Shown: piece after piece, positions 25,801 to 37,775 of the stretch
Layout: each line of letters opens with the position of its first letter
Numbering within the stretch: position 1 is the stretch's first letter
Origin: Macrostomum lignano
Lineage: Eukaryota
Reading direction: 5' to 3'
Length of the DNA stretch: 64,000 nucleotides
NCBI GenBank assembly: GCA_002269645.1
Contig: NIVC01002473.1
Span: 107,087-171,086, forward strand
Position numbers and translations under genes: made by a program
Notes under the pieces: generated by a model
Database searches by the model: none
What the model was told of the DNA's origin: nothing
What the model saw: only the letters and a program-made list of their open reading frames with translations

Positions 25801-26275
25801 CACGATAATTATAGTACGTTTTTTGAGGGCATATAACTTTACAGTGACTGCCAATTTTTATACTGCAAAACTTGTATGTATCTAGATAGTTTAATAGGAA
25901 GATGTTGCACGTAAATGACCCACCCCCTCCAAGAGATACATATCGAGAAAAAAATAAGACAATTCTGGAGGGATTCAATAAGAAATTTAGATAGAAAATG
26001 AAGGGGCTTGACATAGAGAAATGCTGAAGAAAACCATAAAAAGGAGAAATAACTAACTGTAGCTATTCATAGGGCATTTGCAGCTAAGAAATAACCAAAT
26101 ATACTAGTACGTTTGCGACTGAAAAGAGGTAGATTTAAGGCACAGAGTGCAGGGAGAGGGTGCACACAGGATGCACATGTGAAAATGCATATAGTATTCA
26201 CTTTTCAAACACTGAAAAATATTTCAAGTTATGGCGCAAGTTAACCATTCAATTATTCTTGACACAACTCAACAG

Positions 26276-26680
26276 AAAAACTGAAGCTTGTCAGCTGCGA
26301 ACAGAATACAGATCGGGATAATAGTACTACCTGCGATAAAGCTATCGATAATCGGTTAGAATATGGAAAAGAATTGGGAGACCACTGCGCAATCACCAGT
26401 CGCAACCATTCGAATACCTATTGGTGGGCGCGAACTGAGCACCCTGTGCGGTTCACGTACGTCAAACTTTACGACCGGCTCGACTTTAAAAACAAGCAGA
26501 CTGACTTTGATGTTCTTATCGACGGGAAAAAAGTGTGCACTCGATACAAACCTACGGATAGATTTGCTTCTAAAATTCTGCGATGCGATGGATACGGACA
26601 GGAACTCAAGATAAGCACCGCTGCTGGACAGCTGACCGTCTGTGAGTTCGAGGCTTATGGACTGACCGTGCCTACAGACG
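26276..26680 (+). CDS. F-type lectin domain exon 8
   Basis: AG/GTGAGT, 405 nt, phase 1-1, open by manual translation; CAIT, YDRLDFKNKQ. Confidence 0.8.
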
Positions 26681-26916
26681 GTGAGTCGAAGCTGATTTCT
26701 TCTGATAAAGCGATAGACATGCAACTTGAGCTGTTTCTGGACCAGTTTAGAGGTTTTTTTAAAGCAATGAAAACGCTATGCGTTTAACAAAAGTAGCGGA
26801 AAAAGTTTCAGCACAAATTGACTACACAAGGAAAAGTATACCAACGAAAAATAGTGCCATATATCATATTACGAACTAAAAGCACCCCTTGTTTAAAATA
26901 CAAATATTTTTTTCAG

Positions 26917-27321
26917 AAAAGTTAAAGTTCGTCAACTGCAGCCAGGGCTCGAACTGGGATGGCACAAATCACTTGTGCAACAAGGCTTACGATGATAAGC
27001 TGGATACAAGTGAGCCGGGTTCTGTTATAAACTGCGCTCACACGGGCAAAGAAAACACCTGGTGGAAAGCGAAAACCGAGCATCCCGTGCGGTTTAAGTA
27101 CGTTGTAATCTACAACCGCGCGACTCGGAGGTATAGACTGACCAACTTCGATGTGATCATTGACGAGAAGAACGTGTGCAATCGGTACCAGAGTATATTT
27201 TTCTTTGCCTATAAAACCATGCGATGCGACGGATATGGCCAGGAGATCATGGTGAAAAGTCGCCTGCCGAAGCTGACGATCTGCGAGTTCGAGGCTTACG
27301 GGGAAACGGTACCTACTGAGG
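26917..27321 (+). CDS. F-type lectin domain exon 9
   Basis: AG/GTGAGT, 405 nt, phase 1-1; CAHT, YNRATRRYRL. Confidence 0.8.
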
Positions 27322-27438
27322 GTGAGTAGCATATGATACTCTGCTGAAAGACGACAACTGTGTGACAACGCAACTTGTACATGCTTTTTAATCGCTTTTT
27401 GCCATAGTTGTGTTATCGGTGGTCTGACTAATTAATTA

Positions 27439-28199
27439 TAGCTTTTGGCAGCCTATTTGGGCTTACGCGCATTTAATTTAATCCAAGATACGTTTGCCAA
27501 TGCAACAGAGCTTTTGTCTATGGTAGCAAGACTGCCACAGCGCCACTCAATTTGGTCCAACAAGCATCAATTTGGTCCATAGCTTTATTTTCAACTGTTG
27601 CGGAGGAGCAACACCAGCCCCAGAATTGTGAACCATGCTAGGTTGTCGAACGTATGCCACTGGCTTGTGATCAAAGCACTCAACAGAGGTGAACACCCAA
27701 AGGACATTGCAAGGCTGCTGAATATAGAAGAAAAATGGTTTACAGCATCCATCAGCGTGTTGAAACCACTTCTGGCATAGGTCGCCTGTGGAAAGGTGGC
27801 AATCGCCTCGGCAAGTTGCTAGAGACTCAGGTCCAACTGCTACTTAATGCAATTGAGACGAACCCTTTGTTGACGTTGCAGAAAATGCAGCAGCAGTTGA
27901 AGTTACAGTTCCAGTTGGTTATCAGATTTGGACTATCAGCAGAGCTCTGGAAAAGCGACTGGAAACTGCTGGTACAGACGCTGACATTCCAGCGGTGCGC
28001 AACAACCCTTAGGCGGTTGCGAGAAGGCAAGAGTTTGCCACTGGCTCACGAGCATTTGGACCAAATTGATGCTTGTTGGACCAAATTGAATGCCGCTGCG
28101 GCAGCCTTGCTACCATAGACAAAAAAGCTCCATTACATTGGCAAGCGTATCTTGGATTAAATTAAATGCGCGTAAGCCCAAATAGGCTGCCAAAAGCTA
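27439..28199 (+). mobile_element. Tc1/IS630-like non-autonomous element
   Basis: TA TSD, ~120-bp TIRs TAGCTTTTGGCAGCC.../...GGCTGCCAAAAGCTA, frameshifted HTH remnant. Confidence 0.75.
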
Positions 28200-28549
28200 T
28201 ATTATTCCTATTGCCATCAAAATGGCTCGTATTAATGTTTTTTAGTGTAGCAAAGCTATCAATCTGCAATAGTAAATCCAGATTTTTATCGGGGCGCGAT
28301 TTCTGGATTGCCATCGATTGAGTCAGTACAAAGGGGCGCTGACTAGGTAGGGGGTGTGGGAGCTCGGCATCTTTAATCGACATCTTAAGCCAAACCTTTT
28401 ACAGTGTAGGCATCCGTTTTCAGAATTAGTTTGTACTCATTGATCACATCACTTATTCTATCTGAATTAATTAAGGTCACAGACAAGCAAAAGTACAAGA
28501 TGAACTGAATGTAAAGTACATGAATAATATACTTCTCACAAATTGCCAG

Positions 28550-28951
28550 ATAAAATCCAGCTTATCGGCTGCAGACAGGGCTCGAACTTGAACAGCACGG
28601 AAAACTTGTGCGATAAGGCTTACGATGATAAGCTGGACGATCCAGATAACCCCATTCAGAACTGCGCCATCACCAATATTGACAACACCTGGTGGAAGGC
28701 GAAGACTGAATATCCCGTGCGGTTCGTGTACGTCAAAATCTACAATCGGCTCACGCATCGAGACACACTGACCGACTTCGAAGTTGTAATAGACGAGAGG
28801 AACGTGTGCAACCGGTACAAAAATTCGACACAATTCGCCTCCAAGACTCTGCGATGCGACGGATACGGACATGAGATCATGGTGAGAAGTCACATGCCTC
28901 AGCTGACGATCTGCGAGTTCGAGGCTTACGGACAAAAATCAATACGTCATG
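28550..28951 (+). CDS. F-type lectin domain exon 10
   Basis: AG/GTGAGG, 402 nt, phase 1-1; CAIT, YNRLTHRDTL. Confidence 0.8.
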
Positions 28952-29074
28952 GTGAGGACAAGATCCGTTAATAACTCTGCTTTGGTTCCTAGTTCAGTAA
29001 TTACCTGACCTTTTCGTCCATGGTAAATCTACAATAATTTCAAGCGACCCCTCTAGTCGGAACTCAAGCCTCGC

Positions 29075-29997
<923 letters not shown>

Positions 29998-30425
29998 GCA
30001 TTTCTTCTACAACGCTTCTAAAACTCAGGTATATTAGCAAAGAAATTGAATGGTGCAAGCGAAATGTCCTCTTCAAACGCAGAGCATTGCACCCTTTTAC
30101 GATGCGAATAAATTTGAATTGTTTTCTATACAGTTTTTTATGGGAACATTTACAATTTCTCGAGACAGCAAAGGTTTTTTATTAGTCTACTATGCAAACA
30201 AGAGCGCCAAAACTCTCATGTCTTTTTAAATTGAAAGGTTCAATGCAATCATGAGAATGATTTGATGGCTAGGTTACCAATCAAAGCTCGTCTACATCTG
30301 CCCGTTCTGCCTTTAACTGAAAAATCGCGACAAAAATTAACTTGGATGACTATAAAATCACAAACAAAAAACCTAAACCTTGTAATAAAGCAAACAGTTT
30401 ACTTATTCCTTTTTTATCTTGACAG

Positions 30426-30830
30426 AAAAACTCAAGTTGGTCAACTGTAGCCAAGGCTCGAGCTTAGACGGCATCAAGCACTCTTGCGACAAAGCTTACG
30501 ATGATAAGCTGGACGATCCAGATAATCCCATTCAGAACTGCGCCATCACCAATAATGACAACACCTGGTGGAAGGCGAAAACTGAGCATCCTGTGCGCTT
30601 CATGTACATCAAAATCTACAATCGGCTCACGAATCGAGACACACTGACCGACTTCGAAGTTGTAATAGACGAAACGAACGTGTGCAATCGGTACAAAGAT
30701 TCGACACAATTCGCCTCCAAGACTCTACGATGCGACGCATCCGGACAGGAGATCATGGTGAGAAGTCACCTGCCCAAGCAGCTGGCGATCTGCGAGATTG
30801 AGGCGTTTGGAGAAACTCTTCCGATGGAAA
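30426..30830 (+). CDS. F-type lectin domain exon 11
   Basis: AG/GTGAGT, 405 nt, phase 1-1; CAIT, YNRLTNRDTL. Confidence 0.8.
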
Positions 30831-31070
30831 GTGAGTACGATATTGATTAAGAGCACAAGGAATTATTATAATCGATTACACCTTTAACTTCCTATTTGGA
30901 CAAAACTCATGTGTTAGCATGTGGAAGCAATTATTTAATATTATTTAGAAACTCAAATGTATAAGTACAGTTTTTACTATTATGAGTCATAGGGTATTCT
31001 TAATAACTGATAGAAATATCCGTTCGTCTTCAATAAAATCTACTCCACTCCAACAAAAACCATTCAGCAG

Positions 31071-31469
31071 AGAAGCTCAAGCTGACCAACTGCAGCCAGG
31101 GCTCGGATAAGTTCAGTTCGACTTCTCTCTGCGATAGAGCTTACGATAATAAATTAGGCGACACGCTGGACCACTGCGCGCTGACCAATGCAGACAACTC
31201 CTGGTGGAGGGCTCAAACTGAAAAGCCCGTACGGTTTATCTACGTCAAAATCTACAACCGATTGACAAAGGAACGTCAGTCTAGACGGACAAACTTAGAA
31301 GTGATCATTGACGAGAAGAAAGTGTGCAATCGGTACACAGATTCGGAATACTTTTTGTCGAAAACTCTGAGATGCGATGGATACGGACAGGAGATCATGG
31401 TGAAAAGCAATATTCCATACTTGACACTCTGCGAGTTTGAAGCCTACGGAGAGTCTTTGCCTGCCGAAG
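31071..31469 (+). CDS. F-type lectin domain exon 12
   Basis: AG/GTAAGA, 399 nt, phase 1-1, open by manual translation; CALT, YNRLTKERQSRR. Confidence 0.8.
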
Positions 31470-31559
31470 GTAAGAACAAATCAGTTTAGTGCAAACGCGT
31501 CTTTGAAACCTAATTAATCTAAAATTCAAAATTAATGTTTACGTATTATCACGGAAATT

Positions 31560-31927
31560 AAGGAGGGCCGTAGCCCAGCGGTCTAGCGCAGGCTCTGGTG
31601 TGCCAGCAACCCAGGCTCGATTCCAAGTGCAGTCACAATAATTTGGGGCTGAATTGGAATCTCTGTTTGGCTCTGCTCGTGACATTAACGGCCTTGAGAG
31701 CCAACCCCCCAAGGCGCAGTGAAGTGTACATGCCTAACGATAATATAAAGTTAGGGCCGCTGTACACTCCTGTGTGAGTGTGTGCCTGCGTACGTATCCG
31801 CGCGCTTGTATGCCCTGCTCAGGGGAGTCGGCGGAATGGGCAGCAATGCCTCTCGCCGGTTGTGTGCCTATGTCGCTTAAAGTGCGCCAGGGTGCACACA
31901 GCCCCCCCCCTGCCTCTAATAAAAAAG
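31560..31927 (+). mobile_element. tRNA-derived SINE family A
   Basis: A box TAGCCCAGCGG, B box GGCTCGATTCC, A-rich tail, 11-bp TSD TCACGGAAATT. Two more copies in the window. Confidence 0.85.
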
Positions 31928-32104
31928 TCACGGAAATTGTAATAATTCTATGTGATAAGCTGTTTTCGACAAGTATATTGAGAAGTGTCCGAAAATTCTC
32001 CGATCCGAATTGATACAGTGTTGGTTAATACTGTCAACTCAGGAATGCAATTGATGCTTTTATGCTTATAATTTAAAAGGAATTTTTAATTCGGGAACCC
32101 TCAG

Positions 32105-32508
32105 ACAAGTTGCCTCTGACGCGTTGCAAACAGAGCTCATCATACTACACCCACACGTGCGAAAAAGCTATTGATGACCGCCTGGAAGATCCGTCTACTC
32201 ACCTGCAGACCTGCGCTTTTGTGGACAGTGCAAGAGCCGGCTGGTGGAGGGCGGCCACCGATTATCAGGTGCAATTCATGATGGTCAAAATTTACAACCG
32301 ACTCAATCGACGATCCGGATTGACCAACTTTGCCATCTATATTGACGAGAAAAGCGAGTGCAGTCGGTATAGCAATGGCGAAGAGTTCAGCTCCAAGGCG
32401 CTACCATGCGAGGGTGTTGGACAGGAGATCATGGTGAAAAGTAGCCTGGGATATCTGACCATCTGTGAGCTAGAGGCGTTCGGAAAATTTCTGCCCCAAA
32501 GGCAGTAA
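32105..32508 (+). CDS. F-type lectin domain exon 13 (probable terminal exon)
   Basis: Phase-1 AG acceptor; divergent domain ending FLPQRQ*; AATAAA shortly downstream; no phase-1 donor. Confidence 0.75.
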
Positions 32509-33237
32509 TATTAAAACAGTGCGGTAAACTCGAATTTCGAAAATAAATTAACTTTGAAAGCTCTAAATACATTATTCAGTTTTACTGCAAGACGCTATAA
32601 GTGAACTGCTTGATTGTCACGCATAATAACAAGTGCCTCTAAATATTATTGACAGTTTAGTAGTCTACTACGAGCACGTAGTTTATTAGCCATTGTTTTT
32701 GATCATTAGTCGCAGTACAGTCATATACTGGACTCAAATTTGTCCAGCTGGGACGGCGGTGAAGGGACTCGAACTTGTGACCTCAGCAACAACTGAACAG
32801 CTGCGGGCCTGTGAGGGGACGGCGGATTCACGAGGCTGAGCGGGCGGGGAGGGCAAAGCGGGCAAATGATCAATATGGGGCTGGATAATTAGCAGTGGCT
32901 GACTGACCAGCTCGCATTCCTACAGATAACTAATAACCAGATTAACTGTTTGAATTGATACTTGGAACAACAGCGATTATAACAGAAATTAAACACAGAT
33001 AACATCTGCGATTATAACAATAGATAAAATGAAACACAGACAAAGTTATGAGCAAACAAATCCCAGAACCTAAGTGAAAAAACTTCAGACAGAAACATAT
33101 GTTAATTAAAATAAAAATTTAGCGCAGTAAAAATTCCGTTGGCGGGGCAAGTCAGGAGGTTACATGTCTGTGGAAGTTTAATCGAACGCATTTAAGAACG
33201 CTAGAAGCGTCAGTTTTTAACTCAAGTTCGTAAGAGC

Positions 33238-33765
33238 TTACGTCTCTGCATGAGTCACTTCAGCACTTGCAACTGTGTGGTTAACCATATTTGACGCAGC
33301 CCGGTGCGTTATACAGGAAATTCCGCAGGTACAAATGAGAATTATTAAGCATGCAGTAATAAAAATCAAAAAAATTAAAGTCGACAGCCAGGTTTTGTGA
33401 TGGGAGTAGCTAATTGAACAGATGAGCACATAGGTTCCAAGGAAGACAAACAAGACGCAATTGCCAATCATAATGTTTCTAGCAGACGAGTACCGGCCCA
33501 GAACGCTTCCTCTGACGCGGCGAGCGAGATGCTTGCGAACGGCTGCCACCAGGCACTCCTTGCCAATGGAAAATCCGTAGCGCCGGGACTTCTGCGCTAA
33601 GAAGACCAGGGGCGACAAGCTGCAAAGGCAGATGAATAGCTTAACAAGGATGAACCTTACGGGTCGGTCTCTTCCCCGGCCTAGAAACAGCTGGTCCTCA
33701 TCAGTGCTTTCTGGACCAGGCAACGCTCGCGCTGTCCTTCGGAAGCTCCTTTCAGCCAGGGACTG
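33238..33765 (-). CDS. Probable last exon of the ANK-cGLR gene; hydrophobic, putative transmembrane tail
   Basis: TTGCAG acceptor at 33766 is phase-0 compatible with the GTAAGT donor at 33872; two or three long hydrophobic stretches. Confidence 0.5.
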   Translation of the reverse strand, partial: QSLAERSFRRTARALPGPESTDEDQLFLGRGRDRPVRFILVKLFICLCSLSPLVFLAQKSRRYGFSIGKECLVAAVRKHLARRVRGSVLGRYSSARNIMIGNCVLFVFLGTYVLICSISYSHHKTWLSTLIFLIFITACLIILICTCGISCITHRAASNMVNHTVASAEVTHAET

Positions 33766-33872
33766 CTGCAAGAGAATCGGAAATCACTCATGAGCAATAA
33801 TTGATGTGGCCTCTAGCTTTTTTCATTTTTAATAATTGTTGTAAAGGTATTGCAATGACCAGGCTGACTTAC

Positions 33873-35281
33873 CGACTCCTGCATCAGCTGCTCGACCTTC
33901 TCTCTCGTGCCCTGGTGGTCGCAAATGGCTCGCCTGTGTCTCTGAACCAGTTGGGCAAGCAGGTCGCTATCCCCACAAAGCTCAAGAGTTACAAGCAGCT
34001 CCTGAACGTCTGGACTCGCACAGCGGAGAGTTTCTTCAAACCACAGTTCAAGTTCCACATCGTGATCCAGATAGAGGCTGAGAGCTTTCAGCAGCGCGTC
34101 AAAGTTCACGTAGTACCAGTCGAACTGGCCACAGCTCAGTGAGAAATGCTGCCTGAATTTGGCTGGCAGAAACGACAGAACGGGCGGCTTGTCGGCTTGA
34201 ATCAGGAGCTTCCAAACCGAACTGGATCTTTCCAGGTGCTGCCACACCGCCAACTCAGACTCTGCGTCAGTGGCGCGCACCTTCCAGCGTGACAGTCCTC
34301 GGCTGACCTGGTGGTAGCGGAACGAGCGCAAGACCCTTCGCGCCGCGTAGCGCATTTCGAATTTCAAGTAGATCAGCGCGAAGAGGCAGTGCTTCGGACA
34401 TGCAGCGTAGTTGGGAACTCTGCGAGCCAGCTTCATCATGACCTTTTTGTCTTCTTCGCGGCACTCTTCATGAGCCAAGTTCAGCAGAACGGACCGGATC
34501 GCGTCATACACATCGTGGAACTGCAGGTTTGATGCCATCGGAACTGGCCTCGGGATCAAAACTGGCAGCACCAGGAACGGATGAAAGCTAAAGTTTTTCG
34601 CATCCTCCAGTGGTCGCAGCGTTTCGTAAAAACACGACACAACTTCTGACAGCTTTTCGATGATGTCCTTCACAACATCTGAAATCAGCTTCTTTCCACT
34701 GTGGCGCTTCTTTAAATACACCCAGGCATCTCTCATGAAGAAGTGCTTCATGCACTTGTCCGCATCTGAAATATCCTTGTCCAGCAGACACCGCAACAGA
34801 ATCGAAAGTGCTCGTTTCGCCAGACTGATTAGGTTTTCGGACTGCCAGTGAGTAGCAGGCGTCTCATCCAGCAGGTAAAACATCAGACTCTTGGCTATGT
34901 AGGTCTTGAGTCCATTGGCTCGGGCTGAAATCACTTTCTTAATGATGAACTTGATAAGCACGAACACGTGTCCCTGCTCAGTTGTCAGGCTTCTGAGCAG
35001 CCTTCGTTCCAGGAAGGTGGTGCTGATCCTCAGCTGCTGCCCGTCCTTGCTGGGGGGAGCCGCTGCCACCAGGTGACATGGAGACTCCAGCATCTCCTGC
35101 CTCAGGCTCTGCAGCACTGATGGCGCAATGTGAGTACTGTATCCTGGCTGCAGCACTTCCACTTTTGGATAGCAACAGCAGCGGAACGCCCACACAAGAT
35201 CCACTGCCGGTCTGACCTCCGACCCGGCCCAGGTCTGCGACGGATTCGAGGCTGTTTGGGGCGAAATTGTTGGTGGGTGAG
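33873..35281 (-). CDS. cGAS-like/Mab-21 nucleotidyltransferase, exon C
   Basis: PAVDLV (third acidic residue), CHLVAA, LRISTTFLERRLL, LKTYIAKSLMFY, MKHFFM: Mab-21-type motifs. Joined by a 92-nt phase-1 intron (35282-35373). Confidence 0.85.
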
Positions 35282-35373
35282 CTTTTAGGAAAATGATGCT
35301 TTTGGTAAAATGATGCAAATGAGGGTACACAAGTGAAAATGAAAATCACAGATTCCAGCCAATATCCTCTTAC

Positions 35374-35816
35374 GCGATCCAGGCCACTTAATGTGCCCGT
35401 CTTCATATTCAACTGCCCTATGTCGTTCTTCATCGAATCTGCAGTTGATGCAGCTGCAGCTGCCTTTGAGATGAAAGAGCATCCCTCTCGCAACGAAGCA
35501 GACGTCGATGTCGGAGTCTGCGTCCGTTTGGCCATCCAACCGAACCAGACTGTTGGACCAGCCTTCACTGAAGCTCCCGACGATGTACACTTCGCAGTCA
35601 TTGTACTCCTGAGCGTCGAGGCGGTTTCTAGTGATGCGCTGCAGGACATCAGAACATGCGGATTGCAGTTTCACACGATTCAGCTCAAACCCGGACTCTT
35701 TCAGGGCTCTGTGCAGCTGAGCGCTTTTGTGGCTCTCTGCCAAACTTTCTTGTTCATCTTCCACAGCCTCCACATCGATAAGGACCTCGCACAGGCTGTT
35801 TGAGTCGGGCTGCTCA
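35374..35816 (-). CDS. cGAS-like/Mab-21 nucleotidyltransferase, exon B (catalytic GS...DxD)
   Basis: YIVGSFSEG...SDIDV; CAG acceptor at 35817 and GTAAGA donor at 35373. Confidence 0.85.
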
Positions 35817-36891
35817 CTGAAAGTTTTGTTGAGTTACAGTGGTTCTGTCAGCTGCATATCATGCATTGGCAATTAATTATCAATAATGAAAGTAATACAA
35901 TTTTGGGACTGTATTAGTAACAGACCAAGTGACTAAATATAGGGATTTGCAGTGATATAGTCATATTGAGTACGAATGATACTAAATCACTACTTCACTT
36001 ATATCACTACTTAGACATACGGGACCCACCGTATGTACGTCAGTTGGCCGTGAGAGGAGCTTGAATGAATGGTTTTCAAGGGCAATACAATCTTTGTCAA
36101 CGCAAGCGTGATTTGAATATATTTAAATCGAAGTACGTAATAAAACTTACCGTGACTGCGTACGTCACAGACTGCCAAATCAAACCATGCAGTATTCAGA
36201 AAGGGTGAAACAAAAATAAATCCAATGTGACGGTTTGAGCTTTTGTAGATCGTTTCATGTGCCGCCGTCGTTGTGAAAGTCTTTACAAAGTAATTATTGG
36301 TATTTTATTATTCTATTTAACTGTACATCTGCACGTATTGCTTGACACGCTAAGCAGATTAAGTTTACTCTCTTTTGTTTAAATCTTTATACTCCAATTT
36401 CAAATTACTATAAAAACGTTTTGAATTTCGCCTCCAAGCTGGTGGTCTGGTTTTGTCGCTCGTCGCTCTTGGCTTTGTGCTGGCCCTAATACGAGCGTAC
36501 TTAATAGATAAATATATTGAATACTCGTGTTCAACAGTATTTCGACAGCTCCCTGTAATTCGCCAAGTTTACGAGCGTACTACTACTTATTCATACACGT
36601 TAAAGTTGTAAATCCTGATAGACCGCTATACAACTCATCAACATTAGCAAAAGAAAAGTAGGCCTACAACTTCGTCACACCAAGTAGCCTAGAGCCACGA
36701 TTCCAGATGCAAGGTACAATAATTAATAGTGTTAACGGATGATTGTGAGATGTGTTACTAGCAAGAGGGATGTTTCGAATATCAGGTACATATCAAGCTG
36801 TCGAGATATCAGTTGGCAACAAAATATCCTTATTCTGTACTTATGTAACATACGTTTAGACCGTTTCATTACTGACATCACAAACGCTTAC

Positions 36892-37775
36892 CGCTCTTCG
36901 TGCAAAAACGTTCCGCGAGACTGAGCTGCAGGAACAAGCGAATTCTTGAATCGCTGCAGCCTTTCGTTGGTTTCTTCGTGCCGGATTCCGAGCTCTCTGG
37001 CGTGAGTCACTTGCTTGAGCAGCAGATGCAAGACCTCGCGATGCCCGAAGCGACAGGCGATGGCAGCGGGGCTGAGCCCGTTCTTGTTGAGGTCGACGAG
37101 CCCGCAGCCGAGCTGCAGCAGAGTCTGGGCGGTGGCCTCGTGCCCCATTGCTGCCGCGGCGTGCAGCGGCGTCGACCCATCGCTTGCCAGCGAGTCGGCG
37201 GCGACTCCCGCCCGGACGAGCAGCTCAATGGCGGCCCGCTGGCCGTGGAGAGCCGCGGAGTGCAGCGGGGTCTGGCCGCGCGCATTCCTGGCGCTCGGAT
37301 CCGCGGCTGCCAGCAGCAAAGCAGCGAGCACGAGCTGCTGCCCGAGCGGAGCAGCCAGGTGCACCGGCGAGTCTCCGTCTGCGAGCTGCTGATCGCAGTC
37401 GGCCTGCCGGCTCAGCAGCTGCACGACTTCGAGGTGGCCGTTCCGCGAGGCGAGGTGCAGCGCCGAGGAGCTGGACTTCGTCACCAGGCTGGTGTTGGCC
37501 TCGGACTCGAGCAGCAGCCGGACCGCATCCCGGTGACCGTGCATCGAGGCCAGGTGCAGAGCGGTCGCCCCGCTGCTGTCCTGAGCGTCCAGCTGAGCTC
37601 CGGCCTCGATGAGAAGCCTCGCCACCCTGGACTGGCCTCGCTCGGCTGCCCAGTGCAGCGCCGTCCGCTGCCGGTCGTCAGCGACGTCCGGACTGACGCT
37701 GCTCCGTAGAAACTGCCGCACCTTGCCGACTCTGCCGTCCATGGCGGCGCTCTTCAGCTCCGGGAGCAGATTCAT
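36892..37775 (-). CDS. Ankyrin-repeat exon (7-8 repeats), probable first coding exon of the ANK-cGLR gene
   Basis: Repeated TALH/TPLH..A motifs; ends CG|GTAAGC (phase 2), in frame with the acceptor at 35817. Confidence 0.9.

Noticed and set aside
31560-31630. tRNA genes here and at 41040-41103, 44020-44083 and 48985-49055
   Set aside because: A and B boxes are present, but each continues into a shared SINE body with tail and TSDs; I could not form a full cloverleaf.
36900-37709. Plus-strand and alternate-frame ORFs over the ankyrin exon
   Set aside because: Shadow ORFs of a GC-rich coding exon with no motifs.
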